DNA of 63,723 nt, filler included, from Octopus bimaculoides (GCF_001194135.2; 9 parts of 8 records of this genome joined end to end with filler, not necessarily neighbours in it), one strand, 5' to 3'. Positions 22,446-37,803 are shown, counted from the first letter of the whole stretch. The notes: generated by a model not told the origin, from the letters alone. Made by a program: numbers and translations.

Positions 22446-23733
22446 AGAGACAGAGAGAAAGAATAGAAGGAGAGTAAGAACAGAGAGAGGAAGTAAAGAA
22501 GATAAAGAGATATGGATAGCGACACAGATAGATAGATATAGAGAGAGAAAGAGAGGTTGGGATGGTGATAGAGGGAGAACGACAGAAAGAAGGAGAAAGA
22601 GAAAGGTAAAAAGGAGAGAGGTTGTCGGGATGAGAGAGAGAGATGGAGAGGGGGAGGGAGTTTAGCTACAGAATATGACAGAGGGGGAGAGAGCCAGTCT
22701 GGAAGTAATGGTGGGAAATAAACAGTGAGAACAGAAAAAAATTGAAGTCAAAGAGCCGGAGACAATAAGACACACACACACACACACACACAAACAGACA
22801 GACACGCACACACAGACATACACAGACGCACACACATACACACACTCACAAACACACACGTTATCTCTCTCCCCCTTCTCTCTCTCTCTCTCTCTCGCAC
22901 ATGCAATACGTAAACGCGCAGAGTAGGTGACAGCAGTAGTGGGAGTTATAGATATGGTGGAGGTGGCGGTGGTAGTGACGGAACAAGTGCGTGAAAAATT
23001 ATAATTAATGAAACACGTAAATTATAATTGACAAAGAAACAACAACAACAACAACCACCCCAGAATACCTAAGAAAATCATTCACCAATTAAAGGTGATG
23101 GGTAAGCGTTGCCTATTCGGGGTAGGATCAAATGTTGATGTCAGAAAAAGGCGCATATACTTTATTACAGGTGGTTGCAGTCGTATACATGTTGTTTAGT
23201 GTTCGATGCACGTTGTACTCTTCCTTTCTATTTAACTTCTTTCGTTTTCTTTCCATCTTTTAATGTCACTCCTTCTTTTTCCTCCTCTGACATTTTCTCA
23301 CACGATCGCACGCGTATATACACACGTGCGGGTATACACTCTGCAACGTACCGATACATACACACACAAACACAGACACACACACACATGCATACAGATA
23401 CACACACAAGTATATACTGAGTTTCTTTCTACTTTTGCTCATTAACGTTCAGGTATATATAAGTGTGTGTCTGTGTGTATGTGCTGCCCGCTCGCATGTG
23501 ATTATATATATGTAAGCTTGCATGTATACATGTGTTTATGTAGATATATAAGTGCGTATATATGTGTGTGTATATACAAATATATATATATGTGTTTATA
23601 CATATATATATATGTATATATATGTATATATATATGTATATATGGGAGAATGTTCGAAAAAACAACAACAGACGAGGACAGGTGGTGTAAATAACAAAAG
23701 GATGTATTAGTATGACGCTCGGGAATACGGAAA

Positions 23734-23771
23734 GTCTTTGACGTTTCGAGCTACGCTCTTCAACAGAAAGA
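23734..23771 (-). ncRNA. Minimal hammerhead-like motif, U6 core variant
   Basis: tcttt CTGTTGA A GAGC gta GCTC GAAA CG T C aaaga. 5-bp stem I, loopless palindromic stem III (ACGT), GUC triplet; homologous to 42193-42233. Confidence 0.5.
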
Positions 23772-24189
23772 ATACGGAGACAAGGAGAAAAACACGGAGA
23801 AAAAATATATATATATTCCCACATATATATTTACATACACGCATATGTACATACACGCATATATGTACATACACGCATATATGCATACACATACACACGC
23901 ACACGCACACACATAGATATATATAAACCTACATATATGCATATATTGATAGGTATTTTCTATGTATTAAAACTTCGAGGATTTAGTTAATATGAAATTG
24001 CAGATAGAGTGTAACATCTGTGAAGTGTTGTACTGGAGAGAGAAATCTGACAAATGACAGTAACTTCGAAGTATTTTACTGGAGATATGGAGTATTCTTT
24101 TTTTCTTTTTCGTGAAGCTTGAAGGAAACATCCGACGGAACTCTGACGACACTTATTAATATATGTATTCATATCTATCTGTCTGTCTA

Positions 24190-24260
<71 letters not shown>

Positions 24261-24407
24261 CTCTCTCTCTCTATCTATCGATTTATCTATCTACCTATCT
24301 ATCTATCAATCCATCCATCTTTCTCTTTATCTCTCTCTATTTCTATGTCACTCTCTATATATAAATTATATATCATACATCATATATATATACATGTATA
24401 TATATAC

Positions 24408-24479
<72 letters not shown>

Positions 24480-27404
24480 CATATATGTGTGTGCATGTGT
24501 GTGCGTGTGTTTACACACATACATATGATGCATATAGAGAGGTAGTAAGATAGATAAAGGCTTCTCAACAATGTGAATAAATAAACTTTACAGTTGTAGT
24601 AAGGTTACACGGTACTAACAGAGACCACTGCACCGGCCAGCCTTCAGGTCGAATAAACTCCGACAATCCCAGGCAAACCAGCCTACCACCGCAGAAATAG
24701 TAATATATTTCGCCGGAGAAAATGTGAGATCTCATTGTTCGCGTAGTGTTCTTTAAACCCCGATGCTCAAATTTCCCACCCTACAATAATTCTTATTACA
24801 TTTTAAACAAACCAGTAGTTAAATTTTTATCTTCCCTAACATCGTACTTGAGATCTGTAATTTCCGCTTCTATCAGGCGCAAAATTAACCGCCTGACTAC
24901 GAGTTCGCTGAATCACCCATATTGGCCCCTCATCTCAACCATAACTCTAGAAAATTCTACTAAGCATTGCAACATCGGGGATGACATTGATGCCCTTGCA
25001 ATCAGCGGCATAAACTACTGTAACCCTTGCGAATGAATACTTCCCTTAACTCTTATATAGCCTAATTAGAGAGGATTTTAACCCAAATTCGAAATCCATA
25101 CCTCATGCTACTTTTGTATTATAGAGCAATGACACTAAGATTCAGAATTCTAATAATGATCTTTGAAGATCTGTTCTTCCTAACTTCAGTAGCCTCGTCC
25201 CCTGTATAAATACTACACATGATAACCGTTATCAACTACGTCCGCCAATTGGCTAAAACCACAAGCTAGATTTACTTCTCCCTGAGCATCAAACTCCTCC
25301 TACCTTCAAAGTTGAGACGTAGTAGAACACCTCTGTCCCTACCTCTAATATAAACGATCGTATTGAGTGAGCAGCATAGATATACTCGACAACTTGTAGT
25401 TGCGAGTCGCCCCCAAAATTCCATAAAATGGGTATATAAATGTCTGGTCACAACTTCACGGTCTCACCAGGCTATGGTTATTTGAGTGCGTGTCATCGAC
25501 TTCAAGCGATACTATGTTGCTTAGCAGCGCTCCTTCTCAAATTGGGCTTCCAAAAATATCTACTTCCTTAGCCGCCTATATACACTGCTCCAAGTCCCAG
25601 AACATATCGTATGACTTAGGCTGGTCAATAGTTTGTGGTGACACCCCATACAACGTTAACGTTTGCGTTTGTAAATTACGCTGCCAGAAATCGCTAACAA
25701 AACTTCATCGATTCTCTAACGTAATCTCATGCAGGCACACATTCATTAGCACCTTTGCTCATTATGTAAAGTCATTATAATAACTGTTCATCCTTTCTAA
25801 AATTCTTTTCTCTTCTCTCCTACTATTCTACACTTAATGTTCCAATGCCTCAATACCTATTGCTTCTGAAAACTTTAACCCCACCTTTATATTTTTTTAT
25901 CGAAGTACGATTCCTTTGATCCCCGCCAGGTTAATCTGACTACAATTTCTTTCGGTTAGCTATTAACTTTATCTTTTTTTATATCTGATCTTTGTGTCAC
26001 GGTGCTTCATCGTGCCTAGCCTCATAGCTAGCCCACCCCTCTCTCTCTCTCTCTCTTTCTCTCACTCCGTCCGCTTCTCTCAACCCGTATTCCTCTCTCT
26101 TCCCTTTAAATTTTTATATTTGTAAATACTATTAAACGACTCGCATTTGCCACTATATTCTTTAAAACAAGGAGACTTAAACTAGTGAACAATTTAATCT
26201 GTTCAGTTTTGGTCAATGATCGCACACATACATCATACACATATCACTGATGAATATGTTTAATCCGTAAGTTTGGCCTCCTGAAACAGTTGTCGAGGTT
26301 AGACATTACAACATGTTTTTCATTACATCGGTTTTTACTTTATTTCATAGTCTGTAGTTTTTGCTCTATGTAAATACGCGTCTCATGCTAAATTGGGTTT
26401 TTCTATCTTACCACGCTCATAAGAGTTTTATTTGGATTGCTCTTAATGTTTCTTTCGATGTCATGGGACATGAAAAAGCTAGAATTTAAGTTCACGTTCA
26501 TTTGAGCACTTCTCTGTATTATTGAGCACTTCTTTGTATTACGTACATATGCATGTATACATACTTACGGGCTTACATTCACTGGTACAAACAGACTTGT
26601 GTGTGAGTGTATGTACTAACACATACGTGTGTTTGTGTGTATGCGTGTGTCATGTGTATGTGTGTGTCATGTGTATGTGTGTGACCTTATGTGTTTACTC
26701 GCAAACAGCGATGCTGGAACATCCTGAAATTAGTCATTGTGCGCCAAATCGCTCAGTTAATTCAATACAAATTAACGCCATTTGTTAGACTCTGAAACAA
26801 AAGTGACGCAGGCTAGCTAACACACGAACAGATAAATACGTACGTACTTATAGACATATTTGTTACTGATGATGAAAGTATGCTTAGGTCAAAATAGCAT
26901 TCTGTACAGTTATATAAAGCCACAAGACTGAAGGGTATTTGCCTCGAGACAGCATCTTTCATAGACGTGTCGTGTTGAAAAGCACGAAATATAACACAAT
27001 ATATATACTTAGATGGAGGGAGCACGTGCATGTATATGTGTGTGTGTGAGTGTATGTGTGCGAGTGTGCCTGTGTATGTTATGGTCTTCTCTCTTTTTAT
27101 ATCTATGGTATGATGGTGTATAAAACAAAACGATATATATATATNNNNNNNNNNNNNNNNNNNNNNNNNNNNNNNNNNNNNNNNNNNNNNNNNNNNNNNN
27201 NNNNNNNNNNNNNNNNNNNNNNNNNNNNNNNNNNNNNNNNNNNNNNNNNNNNNNNNNNNNNNNNNNNNNNNNNNNNNNNNNNNNNNNNNNNNNNNNNNNN
27301 NNNNNNNNNNNNNNNNNNNNNNNNNNNNNNNNNNNNNNNNNNNNNNNNNNNNNNNNNNNNNNNNNNNNNNNNNNNNNNNNNNNNNNNNNNNNNNNNNNNN
27401 NNNN

Positions 27405-27458
<54 letters not shown>

Positions 27459-27715
27459 TATATGGTTAATAGGACTACGTTTGAGAATTTCTGTTAATGT
27501 TATTATCAGTACATCGGCACCAACGACTAGCACAACAACAACAGCAATTAAGCGTTGCAGAGATATTATCTCATACTTTGATGTGGCTGTTTACTGATGT
27601 TAATGATATATGTGTGTAAAATAGACTTCGTAAAACATATCCACCAAGTGTATGTCTGTGTGCTCACTCTGTGCATGTGTACACTCAGTCTCCGCGTTTT
27701 CCTGTGACTGAGTTT

Positions 27716-27838
27716 GTATACATACGTACATATATACATACATACATATATACATACATACATACATGCATGCATACATGCATACATACATACATACATA
27801 CATACATACATACATACATACATACATACATACATACA
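27716..27838. repeat. (TACA)n microsatellite
   Basis: Directly visible. It explains the MYVC/HTYI repeat ORFs in the track. Confidence 0.95.
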
Positions 27839-28048
27839 AGGCGGTGAGATGGCAGAAACGTTAGCATGCCAGGCGAAATGCTTAACTGTATATTCTATAA
27901 TTCAGCCATTCGTTCAATCGTTGATTTTGTAATTCGCTTTTTTCAATAGGTTTTGTTTGTTTATTTAACCCTTTTGTTAAAGTATTTCCGTTCAAATACT
28001 CTAAATTCGTTGAAATTAATTTTGAAAACTTACGAAGCTCGTTTGCAG

Positions 28049-28430
28049 TTATGTGGTTTCCGGTTCAGTCACATTGCACGGGTTCTTGGACAAATGTCTT
28101 CCTTCTATAACTCCGGACCGACAAATGCCATGTGAGTGAATTTGGTAGACGGAAATTGTGTGAAATTGAAACATATACATATATGTGAGTGCATGTGTGT
28201 CTTCGCGTCTGTATTTGACCTCCATCCTTCCACTGCCCATCCGCTTGACAACAGATCCTGCTTTGTTTGCGACACCATAACTTAGCGGTCCGAAAAAGAT
28301 TGACCAATAGGATACCGATCAGACATTAAAAAATATAACTACTCGGGGAGATCTTTTCGGTGAAACCCTTCAATTTGGTACTCCAGTATGGCCGCAACCT
28401 AATGACTGAAACAAGTAAAAGATGAAAGAT
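28049..28430 (+). mobile_element. SINE family A, diverged
   Basis: Head remnant gtggtttccggttcagtc...ggtagacggaaa and tail ccagtatggccgc...atgactgaaacaag. Confidence 0.65.
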
Positions 28431-29261
28431 AAAGACAATTTAGAAAAAGAACTGTCCCATTAAGATGACACTTAGGACATAATAAACCAAGATGACATTT
28501 TAATAAACGGTTTTAGATATTGGTTTCTTTAAAAGAAAGGGCTTCCGTAATAGAACATTGCCAGGCAGTTCTTATACAGGTCTCTGATGGATTGGTATAA
28601 ACAATCCTAGATGTTTAGTTTTGTAACAGAGCAACGGTTAACAGTGGAATATCTTTTTCCATTATTGGAAGCATTCCTGTATTCCCCGGGAAATAAACGT
28701 GCAAGTGGCTGTGAACTCCACAGACACACTTGCTCTTAACATAGTTCTCAAGGAAATTCAGCGTGACACAGAATGTGAAAAAGACTGGCCCTTTGAATGA
28801 ATGACAAGTGCAACTCCTTTTTGCTTGCTGATTGAACCGCAACAACGTGAGATAAAATGTCTTGACCAAGGACAGAATGAGCTGCCAAGAATCGAACTCA
28901 TGACATTAAGATTGTGAGCAAAATATTCTAAACGCTAAGCTTGATGGATTCAGACATGGATTAGACTAGAGCTTAGGGACCTCTTAATTTACCAATATTC
29001 ATAAAACCTCAACGTAATATTTTTCAACAAGTTGGTTCTCAATTTTATATAAGGCTTCCCTGTTTGTAATTATCTTCTAAAAATGCATTTCGTCACTTCA
29101 ACAACGTGAACTTTCAAAGTGTACAGATTTCCCAAATATTGTATTCAATTTTCTGACAGTGGCTAGCATGTTAGCTGATATTTTTATTTATCTAATTATT
29201 TATATTTTTGTTCTTTTTTGTTATTATTGCCAATTGAACAAGACGTCTATGTGTGTGTGTG

Positions 29262-29313
<52 letters not shown>

Positions 29314-29343
29314 GTGTTTTGGTTAATTNNNNNNNNNNGTGTG

Positions 29344-29395
<52 letters not shown>

Positions 29396-29559
29396 GTGTT
29401 TTGGTTAATTTAAATTGATTTTGCAGGCCTGTAAGAAACTGAGAATAGGTATCAGGAATGCGGAAATACGTTTCCAGAAGCAATCCTGGCAGAATGTCTG
29501 TAGATAGTTTGCTAAACTCTATCTTGTTGAAACTATACATTAGTGATATGAAAGAAGTA

Positions 29560-30200
29560 ACAGCGCAAGATATGGGAAAGATAGAAAGGATGCCTTAAAG
29601 CCCACATCGAAACATGGGTTAACATCCTCCAGCAAAGACGACACACTGTGAGCAAAGAATGGTAAACCTGATTTTACGCACTCAAGAAGGATCCCAAGTC
29701 TGTTCACTGAAACAGCTACTGGAACTCCAGCCATAACAGTTTGCGGAACCAATATCTCCAGCGACCACAGGGCCCAGTAAAATAAAGAATATTTCTCACT
29801 CTTTGAAACAATGCTGATGACATTCTCAGCAGAATCAATGACTGCAACGAACTGTATGACCTTGAAAAATACATTATACATAGCATGAGTGTAACATCAC
29901 TGTACCCAACAGTTAATATTGATTTTGCAGTAATAACGTAAATGTGGATAATGTGGAAGATTATCTAGAATTTTGCAATGTAGATCTATCAGCAGGTGCA
30001 CAAAAAGCGAAACATTTAGATCGCAGAGCTGGTAAAGGTGATCAGAAATGTGTGTTGTATGAGGCCGCTGTGCAAAGCGAGAATGCAACCGCAGGATTCA
30101 TCCACCGCGAGCAATGCTTAGGATAAAGACAACGTGGCCGCATCAACATATACAGCCATCAACGTAATAGCCAGAACAAATTTTGAAGATATTATCAGCA
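29560..30200 (+). pseudogene. Decayed Penelope-like reverse transcriptase fragment
   Basis: FYALKKDPK (29672) and SMSVTSLYPTVNIDFA (29882) resemble the PLE RT motifs FYxLxKxHK and SxDVxSLYP; contains stops and frameshifts. Confidence 0.5.
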
Positions 30201-30709
30201 ACGCCACTTAGAATAAGCCTCATGATCTGGAGCAAATTCGAGAGCAGATTTAAAAGAAAATGTAAAATCTCGACAGGGCAAAAACCTGGCATCACAAAAG
30301 GAAATTATGTTGTACGATCTTCCTCGACATATACACACAGACGGGGACTAGTCCAGAAATTTGAAACAGTGCAAATTTGAAACAGCTTCAAGTCAAAATA
30401 ATAGCAAAAGGCCAGAGACAGACCAATCAATTACTACGTTGTAAGTCATATCAATATATGAATATATCCGCATCCATATGTGCATGTATACATCCGTATG
30501 CATGTATATGACTAAGTATGACTAGGAGTGCGTGTGTGAATGTGTCTATATAAATGGTCACGTATTCTGTCAAATAGTAAGTGCATGAATATATAATAAG
30601 GAATAAGAAATATCACAGAATAACTAGGACAAATGAAAAGCACGCAATAAAAGGTCATAAATATATATGTAAACAAAAATACAAACGAACACATATATAT
30701 GTAGATATG

Positions 30710-30769
<60 letters not shown>

Positions 30770-30770
30770 C

Positions 30771-30801
<31 letters not shown>

Positions 30802-31068
30802 CATACATAGGCATATAAATATACATATATATATGTATATATGTATGAACATATATATATATATATAATGTATGTGTAAGTATTTATATATATATATATG
30901 TCTATATATATATATGTCTATATATATATATGTATATATTTGTATACGTATATATAAATATATATGTGCATATACATACATATATATGTCAATTTATGTG
31001 TATAGATGTGTGTGTGTATGTGTGTGTGTGCAGGGGGCTTGTGTCTGTGTGTGCCTGTTTAGGGGAAA

Positions 31069-32351
31069 GTATTTTCAAAGAAATAACCATTATTATATGA
31101 TTATGATCAAACTTTAAACATTTATATCAAGGATATATCTATTCTCTTCGGTTGGTGTTATTAATTCTAATTCCTTCCATTTCCTTTATGTTTTGTATGG
31201 AAGAATAAAAGTCCAACGTTCTTTCACATTCGTGCACATTGATACCCATACACAATCGCATACACAAGATACTCACAAACAGATATCTATACCAATTCAC
31301 TGTACACCGTTTGCATATTTTCCAAAAGCTTCGGGTACAACTTAAATCATCCTACATGCATTTACTATATCCTCTCGTACACAATAACTGTGTAAATTGA
31401 TATGATTGGTATATTAAAATCTCTGCTGCCTATGAGCACGCACTTTACGCCCGAACGTGAATAAACGCGTGTAAATATACCTTTTTTTTATGTACATATA
31501 TATAAACAAATAATGTTCGTAGCCCGTTCAACATACCTGTCCGTTCGAACGGATTTTACTACGATCTTTTAACCCCAAGAGGACATCTTCGCCAACTGGT
31601 TAACTATGCACGGCTGCATCCGAGATATTGCGAGCAGGGGAGGGAACCCTCACCACCTACTAGTGACAGGACCAGCAGACCAGCGTGTTTTCTGGCTAAT
31701 TCTACCTGCCTTCGGTACGGGACTCCTCGTCTGCCAGAGATGGCAGTAAAACACATACAGAAACGAAAAGTGGTTGTTCGTATTTGTAATTGTGTATCAT
31801 TTCTCCGTTTTATTTGTCCTTGTTTTCGTATAAATTAGCTTGCTTTCTTGCAAAGAATCTAGTGCTGGAGTAGTTTGAATGGGAAACGATGCCCCACTCA
31901 CCATATTCGCCGAACTTTGCGGTTGATATTGTCAATGTTAGATAAAGAATACACTGTAATAGTGTTATAACGATACAAAATTGAAACAGCGGCAGTAACA
32001 AACACGCAACGAACCAACAATCAATATTTCCAACACACTAACTCGAACTGTGAACTGTAAAAGGATACAGTAAATGCATGTAGGACGATTTTGGAAAATA
32101 TGCAAACGGTGTACAGTGAATTGGTATAGATATGTTTGTAAGTATCTGTGTATGTGATTGTGTGTGGGTATCAGTGTGCACGAATGCGAAAGAACTTTGG
32201 ACTTTTATTCTTCACTACAAAACAAAAAAGGAAATGGAAGGAATTGGAATTGATGACACCAAACGAAGAGAATTGATATATCCTTGATATAAACGTCTAA
32301 ATTTTGATCATTATCGTATTTTCGATAATAGGTATTTCTTTGAAAACACAT
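31069..32351. repeat. Long inverted repeat: about 290-300-bp arms (31069-31373 / 32062-32351) around a spacer of about 690 bp
   Basis: For example ttttcaaagaaata...tatatcaaggatatat...ccttccatttcc in the left arm appears as its reverse complement in the right arm; arms are clearly diverged. Confidence 0.9.
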
Positions 32352-33033
32352 NNNNNNNNNNNNNNNNNNNNNNNNNNNNNNNNNNNNNNNNNNNNNNNNN
32401 NNNNNNNNNNNNNNNNNNNNNNNNNNNNNNNNNNNNNNNNNNNNNNNNNNNNNNNNNNNNNNNNNNNNNNNNNNNNNNNNNNNNNNNNNNNNNNNNNNNN
32501 NNNNNNNNNNNNNNNNNNNNNNNNNNNNNNNNNNNNNNNNNNNNNNNNNNNNNNNNNNNNNNNNNNNNNNNNNNNNNNNNNNNNNNNNNNNNNNNNNNNN
32601 NNNNNNNNNNNNNNNNNNNNNNNNNNNNNNNNNNNNNNNNNNNNNNNNNNNNNNNNNNNNNNNNNNNNNNNNNNNNNNNNNNNNNNNNNNNNNNNNNNNN
32701 NNNNNNNNNNNNNNNNNNNNNNNNNNNNNNNNNNNNNNNNNNNNNNNNNNNNNNNNNNNNNNNNNNNNNNNNNNNNNNNNNNNNNNNNNNNNNNNNNNNN
32801 NNNNNNNNNNNNNNNNNNNNNNNNNNNNNNNNNNNNNNNNNNNNNNNNNNNNNNNNNNNNNNNNNNNNNNNNNNNNNNNNNNNNNNNNNNNNNNNNNNNN
32901 NNNNNNNNNNNNNNNNNNNNNNNNNNNNNNNNNNNNNNNNNNNNNNNNNNNNNNNNNNNNNNNNNNNNNNNNNNNNNNNNNNNNNNNNNNNNNNNNNNNN
33001 NNNNNNNNNNNNNNNNNNNNNNNNNNNNNNNNN

Positions 33034-33068
<35 letters not shown>

Positions 33069-33604
33069 CATAAATGCTCAAATATAGAGATATTCATGTA
33101 TATACTTAGTTACAATTATTTGTGGAAGTAATACTTACAGCTTGTGCATGAATCTGGTGCTTGTGAAAACAAAACAAAAAAAAGTTTACTGACATGCTTG
33201 CGGGTCAAACTGCCAAAACATGCAGATAACTTTGAATACAGTTGCATATTTAATATAACGTAGCTTTCAAATAACAGCAGACATTTAGGAAACGCACAAG
33301 GAAGAAAATCAGCAACCTCCTTGAGTTGTAGCCAAAGTTTATTGTCCATAGACCTCTACTGTGCTTTAATTAGCTTTCCTACGGATACATACACAATGTG
33401 TTTACATACCCGGAAACATAAGCAATCTCTTCACCGTATCTGATGCATAAATTAATGACTATGTGAAATGGGTATGCAGACAAGCGCACACACCTGCACA
33501 AACAAACGCACATACAAACACACACACGGTCATACATGTATATGTGTACATATAAATAGTCATTCATACATATTTGTTTATAATTATACGTGTATCTATG
33601 TGTA

Positions 33605-33650
<46 letters not shown>

Positions 33651-34369
33651 NNNNNNNNNNNNNNNNNNNNNNNNNNNNNNNNNNNNNNNNNNNNNNNNNN
33701 NNNNNNNNNNNNNNNNNNNNNNNNNNNNNNNNNNNNNNNNNNNNNNNNNNNNNNNNNNNNNNNNNNNNNNNNNNNNNNNNNNNNNNNNNNNNNNNNNNNN
33801 NNNNNNNNNNNNNNNNNNNNNNNNNNNNNNNNNNNNNNNNNNNNNNNNNNNNNNNNNNNNNNNNNNNNNNNNNNNNNNNNNNNNNNNNNNNNNNNNNNNN
33901 NNNNNNNNNNNNNNNNNNNNNNNNNNNNNNNNNNNNNNNNNNNNNNNNNNNNNNNNNNNNNNNNNNNNNNNNNNNNNNNNNNNNNNNNNNNNNNNNNNNN
34001 NNNNNNNNNNNNNNNNNNNNNNNNNNNNNNNNNNNNNNNNNNNNNNNNNNNNNNNNNNNNNNNNNNNNNNNNNNNNNNNNNNNNNNNNNNNNNNNNNNNN
34101 NNNNNNNNNNNNNNNNNNNNNNNNNNNNNNNNNNNNNNNNNNNNNNNNNNNNNNNNNNNNNNNNNNNNNNNNNNNNNNNNNNNNNNNNNNNNNNNNNNNN
34201 NNNNNNNNNNNNNNNNNNNNNNNNNNNNNNNNNNNNNNNNNNNNNNNNNNNNNNNNNNNNNNNNNNNNNNNNNNNNNNNNNNNNNNNNNNNNNNNNNNNN
34301 NNNNNNNNNNNNNNNNNNNNNNNNNNNNNNNNNNNNNNNNNNNNNNNNNNNNNNNNNNNNNNNNNNNNN

Positions 34370-34401
<32 letters not shown>

Positions 34402-36603
34402 TGTAAATCCAAAAGAAAAAAATAACAACAAAACTACAAAGGATTCCGCGGTACACGTGTTTCAAGCTCTACATGTGTATAATATAATATAATATAATAT
34501 AACATAATATAATATGTGTATAATCTACAATGTAAAGCTATCCGCAGCCGCAAAATTATCACTCTCCCAGGAAATTATACCATCTCGACGTTGAAGTAAG
34601 AAGAAATGTGTGATGTAAGAGGTGAAGATCCTTTCGGTATTTCTGTATAATACTATATCTGGTATAATTCTCCACCCGGAGATATATATAAAGTAAACAG
34701 AAAATGGTTAACTATTGATGAACAACACTTGACTTGCATCAATTATTATTTATTTACTGAATGTAAATAGACTGCATCCCATCTAACATCTGTTTCCGTT
34801 TCTAATGTTGCATGGTACTGTCATTGATATGCTAAAAATATTTATCATATTTGGTAATAAAACCCATCTGAATCATGGATATTTATCACAGTGAAGAATA
34901 AAAAAAAAGAGCCTAGAGAAGGAAAAGGAAAAGTTGAATATGGTTGTAATCACACCATTTTGGTTGTGCATCTCTTTGGGACGTTAAGTAAATGACTAAA
35001 CTTTAACTAGTATTTGATGGATTAATACTTTGTACGGGGGAGACAGGATGGAGAGATAATAAAATCTAAAAAATAATAGTGTAATAGGTTTTAGTCGAAG
35101 AAGGAGTGAAGATACAATAAGGTTTTAGATTAATCATAATGATATATAAGAATTAGGTTTATAGTACTAATTAATAATACTTATCATAATAAAGTGATTA
35201 AATATAATTTTTTTTTGTTTATTTGCTAGTGGGTGGTTAAGCTGCTCCTCCTGTTGTCCGAAGTGGGATAATCTAAGTTCCGACGTTTGATATAATTGGT
35301 CAGTTGAAATTTAAAAAAACAAAAGAAGAGGACAATGGTGTAAGTTGTAAGGAGCCCTAAAACGCTTAGGAGAGTATATATTGAATTTTAAAAAATAAAT
35401 ATTATGGAATAAATATTAAGGGAGAAACCTCTTCGGACATTTAGTAAGTAAGTCGGTTGGGGATCAAAATGGTCCAAAAGTTTTTTTAAATAGGTATTTG
35501 AAATTAGTAACAAAGAAAATAATTTATTCCGTAGGAAAATTAGGGAAATATTTATGTTTAAGGGGAGGTAATAACTAGGTATGCAATCTAACATATTGAA
35601 TTGATAAATAATAATTGATGTAAGTCAATTTTTGTTCATCAAAATTTCTCTATTTTCTGTTTCCCTTAAATTTTGATTCTTGACAAACTCATTTTTATTC
35701 TTGTCTTTACCTATAATTTATGAACATAATAAGGTTGTATATGTATGCCCATGGTTAAACATAAGGTAATATACCGGTAGTATAATGGATACTTCTATCC
35801 CTTATACGGTTATATTAACCTCTAACTCAGCTAACCTGTTTATATATATATATATNNNNNNNNNNNNNNNNNNNNNNNNNNNNNNNNNNNNNNNNNNNNT
35901 TAATTAATTAANNNNNNNNNNNNNNNNNNNNNNNNNNNNNNNNNNNNNNNNNNNNGTGCAGTATTTGGTGTTAGTGTATGCGCAGATTTGTATGTTTGTT
36001 TTATGGATGCGTTTTTATGTATATATTTTCATGTCTAGATGCATGCATATGTATTTATGTGCTAAATTTTATGTATGTATGTATGTATGTATACGACAAG
36101 CTTCTTTCAATTTCCATCTACCAAATCCACAAACGAAGGCATTGGTTGCACTGCGGTTGTTGTAGAAGACACTTGTCTTAGGTGTGGGGCTGTGATACTT
36201 TTCCTAAGAGCTCATGGTTGGGAAACAAACTTCTTAACTATGCAAACGTGCGCATCCGGGCGCACATACACACACGCACACATTACACACACATACACAC
36301 ACACATGTGTTGGCGTACCTTCTTTACTCTTTATGATAGTAATACGTGTATTTCTGCGCATGGGGGGTATTTAATGATGTGCTTTAATGCATACGTCTGT
36401 GTGTGTATCGGCAATTGGTGCTTGAATTGTGTGTTGTTGTTAGTTTGACTCTTTTGGTGTAAGTGTGTCTGCTTGTGTATGTGCATTTGGATAGCGTGTG
36501 CGAAGGTGGGAAGAACGAGATGATGTTTGAATGAGCTGAAACGAGTGCGACTGTGCGTATGTATGTAAGTATATGTGTATGTTTGTGCGCGTGTGTGTGT
36601 GTT

Positions 36604-36685
<82 letters not shown>

Positions 36686-36794
36686 TACATATATATATTT
36701 ATGTATGAATATATATCTATATCTATATAGATATGATACTTACATTCATATGTATATGTGTATATATACATACACACGCACACCCTTATATATA

Positions 36795-36842
<48 letters not shown>

Positions 36843-37055
36843 TGTTTGCATGTGTGTGTGTGTGTATGTGTAACTCATATGTGTGTTTGTTCTGTAATTC
36901 ATTGCTGATGTATATATGCGTCTGCTTTTGTGACACCGGGGGAACGTATTAATTGAATCAAAGCTGCCAGAAAGTACCAGACGTATTAATGGATAGATAA
37001 ACAGACAGCTAGTAAGTTAGACGGACAGGCAGATAGACAGACAGACATGTGTGCG

Positions 37056-37115
<60 letters not shown>

Positions 37116-37765
37116 NNNNNNNNNNGATAATTTAAATGTGTACGTTAACGAATGACTGAATGAATAGTTTCATGGAAGAATGAATCAGTATACGATGAGA
37201 CAGATTTGAATTGGGCAATGAAATGCTTTAGGTAAATGAGGGGGCAACTCAGTGTGTATTAAAATGATAACAGCAAACACAAGGGGTGGCCGTTTGGCAT
37301 ATGAAATATTTGTTTAAATAATGACACTTAGCAATACATACAAGACACACATACAAGGCGTGTGTGTTGTGCGTGTGTGTGTGTATGTATCTGTGTGTGT
37401 ACTTGTACGTGCGTGCGTTTGTGTATATGTATGTGTATTTTCAAGAATATATGTACGCATACATGCATTGATTTATGTATGTGAGAGAGACATAGATGAT
37501 ATAAATGTATGGATAAATATTTATTTCATTTTTAGTCGACAGAAGTTTACAAAGTAGCTCAAAGACAGAGAGTCTTGTGTATGGCACTCAACAAATTGTT
37601 TGATAAATGACGTAGGAAAATATCTGCTCTTTCGAAGCTTGTGCTGATTAGATATGAAATATATTGAGGTTTTATATTTTAATTGCATGAATTCATATAT
37701 TTGTTTTCTTGTGATTTGCCTTGCATTTACTTTGCATTGTTCTGGCCTCCCCCACGATCCTTCAT

Positions 37766-37803
<38 letters not shown>

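Noticed and set aside
26247-26294. Hammerhead core CTGATGA...GAAACAGTTGTC
   Set aside because: Core and GUC are present but stems I and II do not pair. At best a dead relic at the end of a very decayed PLE-like region (about 24560-26300) that I could not support with clear motifs.
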